Source: Polyangiaceae bacterium (lineage in GTDB: Bacteria > Myxococcota_A > Polyangia > Polyangiales > Polyangiaceae). Taken from it: 64,000 nucleotides of DNA. This document shows positions 1 to 10,183 of this stretch, piece after piece. The notes below the pieces were generated by a model that saw only the letters and a program-made list of their open reading frames with translations, had not been told where the DNA came from and ran no database searches. Every line of letters begins with the position of its first letter. The first letter of the stretch is position 1. The stretch spans positions 109,030 to 173,029 of the forward strand of contig JBNKBE010000015.1 of assembly GCA_050287085.1 (NCBI GenBank). Reading direction: 5' to 3'. A program made the translations under genes and the position numbers.

Positions 1-63
1 CCACCCCTCGCTCCGTGAGCGAGCTACTCTGTTGGTCACCGGACCCCAATACGTATGCGGCGA

Positions 64-1224
64 TCAGAAGCCGGAGAAGAAACTCCAAATGGCCTCGGGC
101 TCCTCATTCCACGGCGCGTGCCCCCCGGAAAACTCACACCAGAAGGTCGGGGCATCGCAATCCTGGTATTCCACGCATGGCGCCGGACTAACAGGCATGG
201 TCTGCTGACCGCAGTTGTTGCGTTCCAGGTATTGCTCGAGGGCATCGTGACCACTCTGAGTCGTCACAAAGGTGTCCGCGTCTCCATGAAAAGCCATGAT
301 GGGAAGCGGTGAATGATTGTTCTTATCGTGCGGGATAACCGTGAGGTTTCCAGAACAAGGCGCAATGGCGCGAAAGACGTCGAATTGGAACCCCACCGTG
401 TAGGACATCATTCCGCCAAAGCTGAAGCCCGTGGAGAAGATGCGCTCCTGATCGATGCACAGCCCGTCGTTGAAGCGCTCGAGGAGGGTCGTGAAGAACT
501 GCATATCGTCGCCCCCCTCATTCCACCAGCCCTTGCCATTCACCATTTCGTTCGAGCCGCTCAGGCCGTCCGGGGCAACGAAGATTGCACTGCCATTCGA
601 TAGCGGCTTCAGTCCGTTGTAATTGCCTGCGACCTGTTGTGCGTTGCCCCCCAACGGGTGCCACACAAAGACCAGACGGTACGCCTCGTCTGGGTCGTAG
701 TCCGCTGGCACGTCTAGAATATAGGTACGCATCGTTCCGTTGATGTCGACAGTGAAGGTACCGCTCTGGAGCGGCGACGCGGAGCCGCAGCCCGGGCTGC
801 GAACAGTGCTCATCGAGTCATCGTCGTCATCACCCAGGCCAGAGCCCGCCGTACCGGCATCCCCCTCTGGAACCTCCGTCTCAGCAGCCCCGCCCACGCC
901 AGCCGACGCCATGTCCGCGTCGGCTCCGGCCATTCCGGAGTTCGCCATACCAGAACCACCTTGGCCAGCCACGCCAGCACGGCTCGCATCATCCCCCGCG
1001 TCGCCCGCAGCGGCCCCGCCCCCACCGGATACGGTGTCGGCTCCGCCGCTTCCGCCGGAAACCGCACTCGCTCCCCCGGGCAGGCCCCCACCACCGGATT
1101 CGCCTAGCGACGTCATGCCACCATTGTCTCCGACGGGCACGCTCGTGTCCTCCGCGCACCCCGCGGCAAGGATCAAACTCAAGAACACTACGCGGACGTC
1201 TGTTGCAGCATTGCAGGTCATCAT
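64..1224 (-). CDS. Lipoprotein alpha/beta hydrolase (PHB depolymerase/feruloyl esterase-like, LpqC-type)
   Basis: Lipobox LAAGC, Gly/Ala linker, nucleophile elbow GFSFGG, HGxxD (FHGDADT) and C-terminal GGH. Confidence 0.8.
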   Translation of the reverse strand: MMTCNAATDVRVVFLSLILAAGCAEDTSVPVGDNGGMTSLGESGGGGLPGGASAVSGGSGGADTVSGGGGAAAGDAGDDASRAGVAGQGGSGMANSGMAGADADMASAGVGGAAETEVPEGDAGTAGSGLGDDDDDSMSTVRSPGCGSASPLQSGTFTVDINGTMRTYILDVPADYDPDEAYRLVFVWHPLGGNAQQVAGNYNGLKPLSNGSAIFVAPDGLSGSNEMVNGKGWWNEGGDDMQFFTTLLERFNDGLCIDQERIFSTGFSFGGMMSYTVGFQFDVFRAIAPCSGNLTVIPHDKNNHSPLPIMAFHGDADTFVTTQSGHDALEQYLERNNCGQQTMPVSPAPCVEYQDCDAPTFWCEFSGGHAPWNEEPEAIWSFFSGF

Positions 1225-2038
1225 GATCGTTCCCCTCGCTCGTCGATGCGGTCTCTCCTTCGCGTGAGGACTCGCATGATCTCATTACCTGAGTGGTCCA
1301 TATCATGGCGCTTGCGCTGGCGGGAACTTGAGCACAGCGTGACCTTCTCGATGGGCTCTAGACGCAGCCACCCAGACAAGACTCTTTCCGCGCTGCTGGA
1401 TGGCCCCATTCGTCGTGTACCCGTTCTTTTCTGACCGGTTCTGCACGAGTCGTGCGGCGCTCCTGAAATGCGGGTGATTCCGCGCTCTTTGAGCGGCACG
1501 GCTAGACAACGCTGTTGTCGGGAACACCTTCGCCACCCTTGAAGAAGGACAGCTGGCACAGCAACCGCTCACTTTTTCCAGCTACACGAGACCCTCGTAG
1601 GCGACGATATGGACAACTGCTAAGACGTAGAACGCAAACATTCCTAGCCTGATCTGCAAATCACCAGTGCTATACGAACCGCCACATGGGGAACAAGCCT
1701 GTCCACCGAAGCGACCAAGTCCGGGAGTCGCCGGGCTGGAGGAGGAACTAGGTGGTAAGAAGGCAACGCTTGCGCTTCCAGCGTCTTCCCGGTGGCCATC
1801 GTTTACCCGGCGCACCCACCTTCGGAGCGCACGCTTCTTGATCCTGTCTGACTCAACCGTGACGGCCGCGAATCCACTGCGGCCTTGGGCAGAGCGCCAG
1901 GACACGTGGGACAACATTTCGCGCTCCGAGATGCGGCTCGCTGCGGACTCAGCGCACGTCGCGGATTTCAATGAGGAACCCGTGGCATCTTGTCTTGGCC
2001 AGACGTCGTGTCCGGTTGAAACACCCAGGAGAGTACCA

Positions 2039-3400
2039 GTGCCCGATCGTTCCCTCTACCCGTTGACTCGTATCGCCGCCTTTGCGACCACAACTCTCGC
2101 CGCCGCGCTCATCGCGCCGCAGGCATCCGCCAGGGCGCCGGTAACGCTCGACGATGCGTTCCTGGAAGTTGCCCGGCAGGCACCCGAGTTTGCGGGGGCG
2201 TACTATAGCGATGGCGGTAACCTGACCATCAATGTCGCGACTCCTGAAAAGACACCCAACGCGAAACAGCGGACGTCCACGCTGGACGCGTTCATACGCG
2301 TCTTCGGTAAGGCCGCGCTTCAACCGAAGCCCTCTCACCGACGACCGAACCAACGCAGCTATGACGTGAATTTCCGCAGCGTGCGCTACCCCTTCGCCAC
2401 CCTATCGACGTGGTACAATCGCAACGTACGCCCGCTGCTGCGCATCAAGGGAGTCACGTTCAGCGACATAGACGAGCGGCGCAACCAGTTGGTCCTCGGC
2501 GTCAGCGACAAGCAGGTGATGCTCGAAGTGTGGAAGGCTATCGAGTCCGCCGGACTCGCACCAGACTCCGTGGTGTTGGATGACGGTCGAGAGCTGGTCT
2601 ACCAATACTCAGGCTCCATCGTCGGCTCGGAACAGCGCCCTACCATTGCCGGCATCGAGCTCGGTACGGAGAGCGGTGGCCGGTGTACGCTGGGCATGAA
2701 CGCGGAGTTCCCCGAATGGTGGTGGACAAGCCCTGGGTTCGTGACCGCCGGGCACTGCACGGGCGATTGGGACCTCTTTGGCAACTCACTCGCGCAGCCC
2801 GCAGGCGGAGACATCATTGCCTGGGAGTTCTTCAAGCCGGCCTTCGTACCCTCCGCGGACTGCAACTTCGACGGCTGTCGTTACAGCGACACGGTGGCGG
2901 CCAAGTACAACAGCGATGTGGCGTTCGAGGATGACCCAAGCATCATCCGCACCCGAGACCGCGAAGGTGACGTCAACGTAGATGTAGACGCCCAAACGTT
3001 TGACGTCACCAGCGCCAGCACATGGCTCCTCAGCGGTGATGAGGTGCAGAAGGTAGGCGTCGCAGCGGGCTGGCGGGACGCCGCCATCAATCAGACGTGC
3101 GTCGACTTCGAAGCGCCAGACTCCACCGGCGGCGAGCGGGGCTTCTTATGTCAGTTCACCGCGGCGACCATGACCGATCTGGACGTCTCCTGCCCGGGTG
3201 ACAGTGGGGCCCCGGTGTTCTTCTGGCACGAAACGCTGGCGCCCAACGCGCTGCTTGCTGGGTTCCTTTGGGGAGGATTTCTGGAAAGTGGTACATCGTC
3301 GCCGTGCGCACCGGAGTACGTGTTCAGCCCCATGTCAGGCGTCGCGGCCGACCTGGGACCGATGTCCATCGGTCACCTACCGATGGCTAGCTGGTACTGA
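2039..3400 (+). CDS. Secreted S1-family (alpha-lytic protease-like) serine protease with propeptide
   Basis: TAGHC and GDSGAP catalytic motifs; GTG at 2039 after AGGAGA RBS, in frame with ORF 1667..3400; signal-peptide-like N-terminus. Confidence 0.8.
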   Translation: MPDRSLYPLTRIAAFATTTLAAALIAPQASARAPVTLDDAFLEVARQAPEFAGAYYSDGGNLTINVATPEKTPNAKQRTSTLDAFIRVFGKAALQPKPSHRRPNQRSYDVNFRSVRYPFATLSTWYNRNVRPLLRIKGVTFSDIDERRNQLVLGVSDKQVMLEVWKAIESAGLAPDSVVLDDGRELVYQYSGSIVGSEQRPTIAGIELGTESGGRCTLGMNAEFPEWWWTSPGFVTAGHCTGDWDLFGNSLAQPAGGDIIAWEFFKPAFVPSADCNFDGCRYSDTVAAKYNSDVAFEDDPSIIRTRDREGDVNVDVDAQTFDVTSASTWLLSGDEVQKVGVAAGWRDAAINQTCVDFEAPDSTGGERGFLCQFTAATMTDLDVSCPGDSGAPVFFWHETLAPNALLAGFLWGGFLESGTSSPCAPEYVFSPMSGVAADLGPMSIGHLPMASWY

Positions 3401-3552
3401 CTCAGAAGCCGCGCTGGCCCGCCCGTCGTGGGTCCTGAACGCATCCGGACGCCACCCAACCGGCTGAGCGGTGCGACAGTAAAGAGCCTGCCCGGCAATT
3501 CTACACTCGGAAGTGTAACCAATCCTCCACTGCCGCTCACTAAGGCAGCCGT

Positions 3553-5160
3553 ATGCGCTCACGATACCTCGTGCATGTCGGACTGGTTTGCTGCCTGGCG
3601 GGGTGCGGTGATTCGTCATCCGACGACCCAAGCGGCCATGTGGGGGGGAGCGGTGGCGACGCTTCGGCGCTTGCTGGAGCCACGAGCGCCGGGGAGACGG
3701 GGGCCTCCGGTGCACACGCAGGTGGCGCAGGCGGTGCTGTTGAAACCGCCGGCGCGAGCAACGGCGGAGCGTCGGGAGGGTTGAATTCGGCTGGCGCGGG
3801 AGGCACCGTGGGGGATCCTGGGGGTGCGAGCGGTTGCGGTGGAGGAAGCACTAGCGCCGAGTGTGGCGGCGCTGGCGCTGGCGGTGCTGGCGCTGGCGGC
3901 GACGGCACCGCAGGAACGGGAGTTGGTGGCGCCGGGGTGGACGAGCCCACGCCGGCGTTTGCCGCTGACCTGGACAAGTTTAGGTATGAGTGTCCGTGCT
4001 TACCGGGCGCGGCAAATCACACGGGTGACGGCAATTGCAATATGGCTCCTGAGGTCGACCGGCAAACGACGGTCAAGACCATGGATGGGGACCCGGATAC
4101 GCTCTACGACGTGACGTTTCGGGTACGCGGCATCGCCGAGCCAAACACCTACACCGGCGGAACGCTAGAGGGGGAGCGCTTCTACACCGGCGGAACGACA
4201 ACCACCGCTGGTTATACTTCCTACATGCTGACGGTTGCGGAGCCGGCACAACACTACTTCTTCAACTACAGTCCAACCACCGGTCACTTCAACTTCCTGC
4301 TGGACTACGAGGTCACCATCAGGATTCGCGGCGGAAGTGAAGTGACCTTCGACGTCAATGGCGACGGCTCGGTTCCTGATGGGCACGGCGTGTCCAACGA
4401 CGGCCAGACCATTGTGCCCGATGTCCCGCCCGCCCCGGATTGGTACGACGGTCAGTTCGTTCAACTGGACGTGGTGTCGGTAGAGCCGGTGGCTACTCAG
4501 AGCGGACTCCTCGCCGTTGCGGCAGAGCTCAACTCGTCCGCGGGCTTCAAGCTGGAAGCGCCTTGTGGCGCGCTCGATCCCCGGCAAAGAAGCTGTGATC
4601 ACAACCCCAGAGACAATTGCGGGAGCGGCTCTACGACATTCCTGCGAACGGACGGCACTGTGGCCGGGGAAGCCGGGACGTTCTACAACGTCACCTTGCA
4701 CTTTCGGGGTATCGTTGAGGCCAACCAATACGATGGCGGCACCTCCGAGCACAACGGGTTCTATGTTGGCGGACGAGCGAGCAATGCCAACGGCCTAGAC
4801 GGTGGAGAGCAGTACAACCAATACGTGCTTGAGGTAGCCTCGCCCCCAGGCGTCTACCATCTCAACAACATCGATCAGGAGCAGCGCGACACGTACCGTC
4901 AGGGCCTCGCGGGCTCCTCCGGGGTTCATCACTTTGGCTTCGTCTTGGACTATAGCGCCACCATTCGGGTTGAAGGCGGCACCACCGTAAGCCTGTATCT
5001 GTTGGACAACGATTGCTTGTTTGGCCGCAACTGTGAGCCGCCCGCTGACGACTTTGGTAGCTGTCAGGCGCTCTCACTCCCCGACGTCTCTGAAATCCAA
5101 CAGCCGTTCGACGGCAACTTCATTTGGGTGGATGTGGAGGACGTCGCGCTAGCTCCTTGA
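3553..5160 (+). CDS. Lipoprotein with Gly-rich linker and two tandem homologous domains of unknown function
   Basis: LAGC lipobox; internal duplication (YDVTFRVRGIAEPNTY vs YNVTLHFRGIVEANQY). Confidence 0.75.
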   Translation: MRSRYLVHVGLVCCLAGCGDSSSDDPSGHVGGSGGDASALAGATSAGETGASGAHAGGAGGAVETAGASNGGASGGLNSAGAGGTVGDPGGASGCGGGSTSAECGGAGAGGAGAGGDGTAGTGVGGAGVDEPTPAFAADLDKFRYECPCLPGAANHTGDGNCNMAPEVDRQTTVKTMDGDPDTLYDVTFRVRGIAEPNTYTGGTLEGERFYTGGTTTTAGYTSYMLTVAEPAQHYFFNYSPTTGHFNFLLDYEVTIRIRGGSEVTFDVNGDGSVPDGHGVSNDGQTIVPDVPPAPDWYDGQFVQLDVVSVEPVATQSGLLAVAAELNSSAGFKLEAPCGALDPRQRSCDHNPRDNCGSGSTTFLRTDGTVAGEAGTFYNVTLHFRGIVEANQYDGGTSEHNGFYVGGRASNANGLDGGEQYNQYVLEVASPPGVYHLNNIDQEQRDTYRQGLAGSSGVHHFGFVLDYSATIRVEGGTTVSLYLLDNDCLFGRNCEPPADDFGSCQALSLPDVSEIQQPFDGNFIWVDVEDVALAP

Positions 5161-5324
5161 CCGGCACGCCGCTGGGCCCTCATGAGCGACCGTTGCTCGT
5201 CCTATGTCGCAAATGGCGGGCTGCACTGCTTCCTCCCGATCGTGGCGATTTCAACCCACTGGGCGGTGGCGAGCGGCCAGTGCAGGACTTGTTCCCACAG
5301 ATTTTCGCGATACGGTATGAGCTG

Positions 5325-6161
5325 ATGCCGCTGCGATGGACCGTCCACGAACCGTCTGTTCCCCCGCAACTGCAACGAGACGTGCACCACGTCAGGCTCT
5401 TCGACAACCGAAGCCCGAAGCCCTATTGCGTCAAAGTTGCTCCGGTCGCGTTGCCCGGCATTGTCCTGCACCACCGCGGACGCTCAGGGGCGATTCGAAA
5501 TATCGAAACCCCGCTCGGACTCACAAGCCGCTTGCCGTTGATATTCGTATACGGGGCAGGAACGACGCCCAGCACCATGCGTTTTCATGGCGGACCGCAC
5601 ACCACCATTCAGATCATTCTCAAACCTCATGGTCTTCGCTCCCTTCTGGGCTTGAACGCGGCTTCGCTACGCAACAATTTCTTGCCACTCTCCCAGCTTC
5701 CAAGAGCTCCGCTACAGCGAGACGTGCTCGCCTTGTCGCCCTCGGAAGCTAAGCTGAGCGCTCTGCTTCAATATTTGGAAGCCGAGTCCACGCTGCACAA
5801 CACCCACGACCCCTTGGTGGTCCTAGCGCTCGAGTGGATGGACGAACAGATTTGCGACCTACGGCTACCCCGCCTCTTGAAGGATCTCGGTGTCACTGAA
5901 CGTCAACTCCAACGCAGATTCTTGGCCTCCGTAGGCGTTACCCCAAAGACCTATATTAGGATTCGACGCTTCAATGAAGCCCTCCGAATGATGAAGGGTC
6001 GCCGGCACGCTACTTTGGCTAGTATCGCCTACGAGCTCAACTTCGCTGACCAATCTCATTTCATCCGTGATCTGAAGGCATTTTCCCTAGTCACCCCACG
6101 CGGTCTCTCTGAGCGTGCCGACCACTTCCACGAATTGGCGGGGTTTTCCTACGCGGACTGA
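5325..6161 (+). CDS. AraC-family transcriptional regulator
   Basis: C-terminal AraC HTH (ERQLQRRF...GVTPK...FADQSHFIRDLKAF); start at ATG 5325 inferred. Confidence 0.85.
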   Translation: MPLRWTVHEPSVPPQLQRDVHHVRLFDNRSPKPYCVKVAPVALPGIVLHHRGRSGAIRNIETPLGLTSRLPLIFVYGAGTTPSTMRFHGGPHTTIQIILKPHGLRSLLGLNAASLRNNFLPLSQLPRAPLQRDVLALSPSEAKLSALLQYLEAESTLHNTHDPLVVLALEWMDEQICDLRLPRLLKDLGVTERQLQRRFLASVGVTPKTYIRIRRFNEALRMMKGRRHATLASIAYELNFADQSHFIRDLKAFSLVTPRGLSERADHFHELAGFSYAD

Positions 6162-6213
6162 GTTTGTCGGAAATGTCCAATTCACCACGATGCCGCGTTG
6201 CTAAACGCAACCC

Positions 6214-6801
6214 ATGAAGAAAATTGTCGTCTTTAACAATCTGAGCGTGGACGGGATGTTTTGCGATGCGATGGGTGGCGTGAACTGGTCCAAACGCGAC
6301 GACGGCGAACTCACGGAGTATGTCAGACAGACCGGCAGCGAAATCGGAGCGTATGTTTTTGGCAGAGTGACATACGAGATGTTCGCGGGCTTCTGGCCGA
6401 CACCAGCGGGCAAGTCTGCAAACCCCTACTTCGCCAAGCTCCTCACCGAAGGTAAGAAGGTGGTGTTTTCCAGTAAGCTGAAGAAAGCATCATGGGAACG
6501 CACCGTCATCGAAACCCAGGCAGACGCCGCCTCCATCGCCCGACTGAAGGCATCAACGGATGGTGATTGCTTGGTTTTCGGCAGCGGGACTCTGGTGCGT
6601 GACTTGACCAACAAGGGCTTGATTGACGAGTACCAGGTTGTTCTCAATCCCGTGCTCCTCGGCGGCGGACGACCCTTGTTCGGCCCAATGCCGTCACAGG
6701 TCGAGCTAGAATTCCTCGAGTCCAAACCCTTCAGCAACGGCACCGTGCTTCTGCGCTTCGCACGCAAGTATTTCGGCCCGCAAAGCGATTCCAAGCTTTG
6801 A
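6214..6801 (+). CDS. Dihydrofolate reductase-like (RibD C-terminal domain) protein
   Basis: LSVDG, FGRVTYE, GSGTL, LIDEY..PVLLGGG motifs. Confidence 0.9.
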   Translation: MKKIVVFNNLSVDGMFCDAMGGVNWSKRDDGELTEYVRQTGSEIGAYVFGRVTYEMFAGFWPTPAGKSANPYFAKLLTEGKKVVFSSKLKKASWERTVIETQADAASIARLKASTDGDCLVFGSGTLVRDLTNKGLIDEYQVVLNPVLLGGGRPLFGPMPSQVELEFLESKPFSNGTVLLRFARKYFGPQSDSKL

Positions 6802-7083
6802 TGTTTAGCGGAGGCCATCCACAAAACACCCCTACCCTGGTAGTCTGGCACGAGCACGAGCTCGTACATGAGGCACGGACTTGTTTGACTCTCGTCACGA
6901 CTTGGCGAACGTTCGACGAACCCGCTTGCTCGATCCGCACCGCCGTCAGCAACGGGACGTAGGCTTGAAGGATGAGCTAGAGCCCTTTGCCAACGCGGCT
7001 CTCCGGATCCAAGTCCCACTCGCGGTTCAGCTGCGGATAGAGCTCTCCAAGAGATAACCCCTTCACGGCGCAAGGGGTCCCAC

Positions 7084-8193
7084 CTACTGGATCTCAGCGA
7101 GAAAGGCTGCGGCTGCCTGCGCCGCCGCAGCGTTGCCCTGGGCGGTTAAGTGAGGACCGCCCCCCCGCATATCATCACACGACCGAGCCTCCCAGCCGGG
7201 CGCCAAGAACACTAGCCCTGGGTATTCGGCCGCTACCTCCATCATGGCGGCCTGAAGCTCAGGCGAAACCACGATCGTCTCTCCTGGCGTCGGTTGCGTC
7301 GGGCAGAGCCCGTTGTTGGGACCCCGAATCTGAGTCATGAAGTCGAGTCTTCGAAGACCCGGGTACTTGGATTTGAAACTCTCTACGGCCTGCATGATGT
7401 TGCTACGCCACTCGTCCTGTTCATGGATGCTCCAACTGAAGATCATGAATACGACCCGATCGGGCGACGCGGTGCCGCTGGCACAAGGAGACTCGATAGC
7501 CGCGTCCCAGAAGGCACTCTCCGGCTCGGCCCAAGCGTCCACGAAGCCGCCATCTTGCCACTTGAGCTGCCAGCGACTGTCGTCAAGCATGCTCTCCAAC
7601 CCGGCGCTGAAGAACTCCTTTGTCAAAGTACCCCCAGTTACCTGATTGCAGGTGAACGGACCCGAGTCCCCGCCACCGGCACCACCGCGATCCTCAAGTC
7701 CGCCTGAGCCGCCGAGCAGATCGCCCGCTCCCCCCGTATCGTCGAGTCCGCCAGAGCCACCGGGCATGCCATCGGTGCCCCACCCGCCGACCTGTCCACC
7801 CGCACCGCCCTCGTCAGCCCCCGCTCCGCCGCTGTCAGCCAGGCCGCCGGGTGCAGCCTCAATTCCGGCGCCGCCAGACGCTCCGGCGCCGGTACCCGTA
7901 TTCCCCCCGAGGGAACCTCCCGAAGCCGAGCTGCCGCCGGTGCCAGCTACGATTTGGGATGCTCCGGAGCCGCCGGAGTCGACCGCACCTGCGCCCCCAG
8001 GCATCGGCGTTCCTCCCTGCCCCGGAGCTCCAGCCTCTTCCGCCGAACAAGACCAGAGCCCAGCCGCGCCCAGCCAGATGAAGCCACCGATAGCCCAGCG
8101 CGCGACCGCTGCGTTGAAAGCTGGGTCAACCCTTGAACAGTTCGTCTTGGATGTGCGCCCTACGCACGCGGGATGCCTTGTCGCTGAGTTCAC
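7084..8193 (-). CDS. Hypothetical exported/lipoprotein with Gly-rich linker, possibly SGNH-like C-terminal domain
   Basis: Hydrophobic segment ending WSC, long Gly/Ala linker, globular C-terminus ending GPHLT; start uncertain. Confidence 0.6.
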   Translation of the reverse strand: MNSATRHPACVGRTSKTNCSRVDPAFNAAVARWAIGGFIWLGAAGLWSCSAEEAGAPGQGGTPMPGGAGAVDSGGSGASQIVAGTGGSSASGGSLGGNTGTGAGASGGAGIEAAPGGLADSGGAGADEGGAGGQVGGWGTDGMPGGSGGLDDTGGAGDLLGGSGGLEDRGGAGGGDSGPFTCNQVTGGTLTKEFFSAGLESMLDDSRWQLKWQDGGFVDAWAEPESAFWDAAIESPCASGTASPDRVVFMIFSWSIHEQDEWRSNIMQAVESFKSKYPGLRRLDFMTQIRGPNNGLCPTQPTPGETIVVSPELQAAMMEVAAEYPGLVFLAPGWEARSCDDMRGGGPHLTAQGNAAAAQAAAAFLAEIQ

Positions 8194-8285
8194 TACTGGG
8201 TTCCTTCCGTTGGTAGACTATGCCACGTGTTCGACGCCGCATGGCCGGCAAGCGTCGGTGGTTTGGCTGCAAGTTACTGCCTGAG

Positions 8286-8794
8286 CTAAGCCCCGTAGAG
8301 CTCTCGCAGGTGCCCCTGGATGTCGCGGGTGGTCATGCCGCGGGCGTAGAGGGCCAGGACCTTCTCGTCGAAGCCCTCTAGCCGTCGCTGGTGCTTCTTC
8401 ACCAGCTGGGACTCAAAGGTGCCATCCCGGTCCCGCGGCACGGCGATGGAGACGGGGCCTGAATCCGTCGTGACGGTCTTGCGTGAGTGACCGTTGCGGG
8501 CGTTGCCTCCCTTGCTCCGCTCGTGGGGCTCTCGGCCCAGATGCGTGCTCATCTCCGCCTCCAGCAGGCGCTCCATCACCTGCCCCTTCAGCTGCGTGAA
8601 AACGCCCTCTGGCCCGAACAGGTCGCCCTCTGTGGCGCATTCCGACAGCAGCGCCTCCAGCAGCTCCTGCTTGCGCTCAGACCGCTCCCGGTTGCTGAGC
8701 TTCTGCCCCATCTTCTTGATACCTTGCTCTTCCATAAGTGACTCCTTTCAAGTCACCCGGATTGGTCAAGTTACACAAGTTTGCTGACACCCTC
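8286..8794 (-). mobile_element. IS256-family element, truncated (left end plus 149-aa N-terminal transposase fragment)
   Basis: RNGHSRK, VPRDRDGTFE, LYARGMTTRDI motifs, then early stop; end sequence GAGGGTGTCAGCAAACTTGTGTAA on minus strand at ~8771-8794. Confidence 0.85.
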
Positions 8795-9496
8795 GCTTGG
8801 TACGTACAAGGGTACCGCCGTCGTCGATGGGTTTGCCTCCTACCCGCCTGTTGCGCTAGCGAATCCGGATATCAAGTTTGCGCACTGCTGGGGGCATGCG
8901 CGCAGGGAACTGCTTCCGTATGAACACCTCAGGATCCCGGCGCGAGCGCTGCGAGTGATCCAGCGCATGTATCGGCTCGAGGCCCTCGCGAAGGAGCGAG
9001 GGTTGGCCGCAGACGAACTGCTTCGTCTGCGGCAGCGCAAGACCAAGCCGCTACTGAAAGCGCTCTTGAAGTGGGCCAAGACGCTCTACATCCCTGAGCC
9101 CGAGTCGCTCGTGAAGGCGTTTCGCTCCATCATCGAGCGGGAAGACGGACTTCTGCGCTTCGTGGATGATCCGTTGTTGTCGCCAGACAACAACGACACT
9201 GAGCGTGCCGTCCGCGGCGTCGCCGTGGGGCGCAAGAATCATTACGGCTCACGGTCGGTGGAGGGAACCAAAACCGCCGCGCTCATGTACAACCTGGTGG
9301 AGTCCGCTCAGCTTGCCGGGGTCGACCCGGGACGCTACCAGCGCGTCACGCTCGCAGCCGCGCTGGACGGTCAAGAGATCCCGCTCCCTCACGAGCTCGT
9401 CCCGGCCCCTCAGCTCGCTGACGATTGAGCCCCGCTTTCGGCAGCTCCCTCACCAGAAAGCCCAGAAAAGGGGCGCGGCGAGTGGGTACCCCTTAC
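8795..9496 (+). mobile_element. IS66-family element remnant (3' part of TnpC transposase, stop at 9428, plus right end)
   Basis: DGFASY, HCWGHARR, DNNDTERAVR..AVGRKN..GS motifs; ends ...CCCCTTAC at 9496 (IS66 ends read GTAA). Confidence 0.85.
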
Positions 9497-9558
9497 GTGC
9501 CCCACGCGGTGATGCTAAGTTCTGCAGGCTGGCCCGAGCTTGCTGAACGAGGTTACCA

Positions 9559-10170
9559 ATGAAGTCCTTTTCAACAGCGCAGGTCGATCTGTTGCTTGTC
9601 CTCATATCGCTGCCGGTTGTGTCCTGCAGTGGCGAGGCTCGCCAGCTCGGCACTACGACTACATCCAATTCCATGCCCACTGCTAGCGTCCTCAACCCGC
9701 TAGACGCGGGAGAGCCACGAGATTTCTCGGTGGCCGATGGGTCCGTCACACGCCCGCGTGTCGACCCCCCTGAGGTCCCGCTCAGTCTCGGGCCTGGCTG
9801 CGTCTGGGTCGGCTACGGCATCGGCGCTCCCCCAAACCAGCAGCTCGACTCTCAGCACCTCTCCTCACACGCATATGGGGCCTGCGCAGACCTAGGCGGT
9901 GTTCCGGGAGAGCAGCTGCTGGTCGCAGAAGACGACGAAGCCCGAATAGAATGCTGCACGGACGGCGCTCCACTCGCCTCGCCCGAGCAAGACTCGGTCT
10001 CTGACGTCGACTCCGTGGTCAACACGTCCAGCGACGGCAACACGCGACAGGCGCTCGTTGCGGAGGCGTCCGCCATGTGTTCTGAGACGGGACAGCAGCT
10101 CGGGGACTGGGTTGCCGTGTACACTGAGGACGGCGTCACCGTCGAACGACTCCACTTCGAGTGTGGATAG
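9559..10170 (+). CDS. Hypothetical Cys-containing lipoprotein
   Basis: GAGG RBS, signal peptide ending VVSC, 203-aa ORF. Confidence 0.55.
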   Translation: MKSFSTAQVDLLLVLISLPVVSCSGEARQLGTTTTSNSMPTASVLNPLDAGEPRDFSVADGSVTRPRVDPPEVPLSLGPGCVWVGYGIGAPPNQQLDSQHLSSHAYGACADLGGVPGEQLLVAEDDEARIECCTDGAPLASPEQDSVSDVDSVVNTSSDGNTRQALVAEASAMCSETGQQLGDWVAVYTEDGVTVERLHFECG

Positions 10171-10183
10171 GAGCCGACAGCGG

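Noticed and set aside
1667..2038. N-terminal 124 codons of the protease ORF
   Set aside because: A better start with RBS and signal peptide exists at 2039
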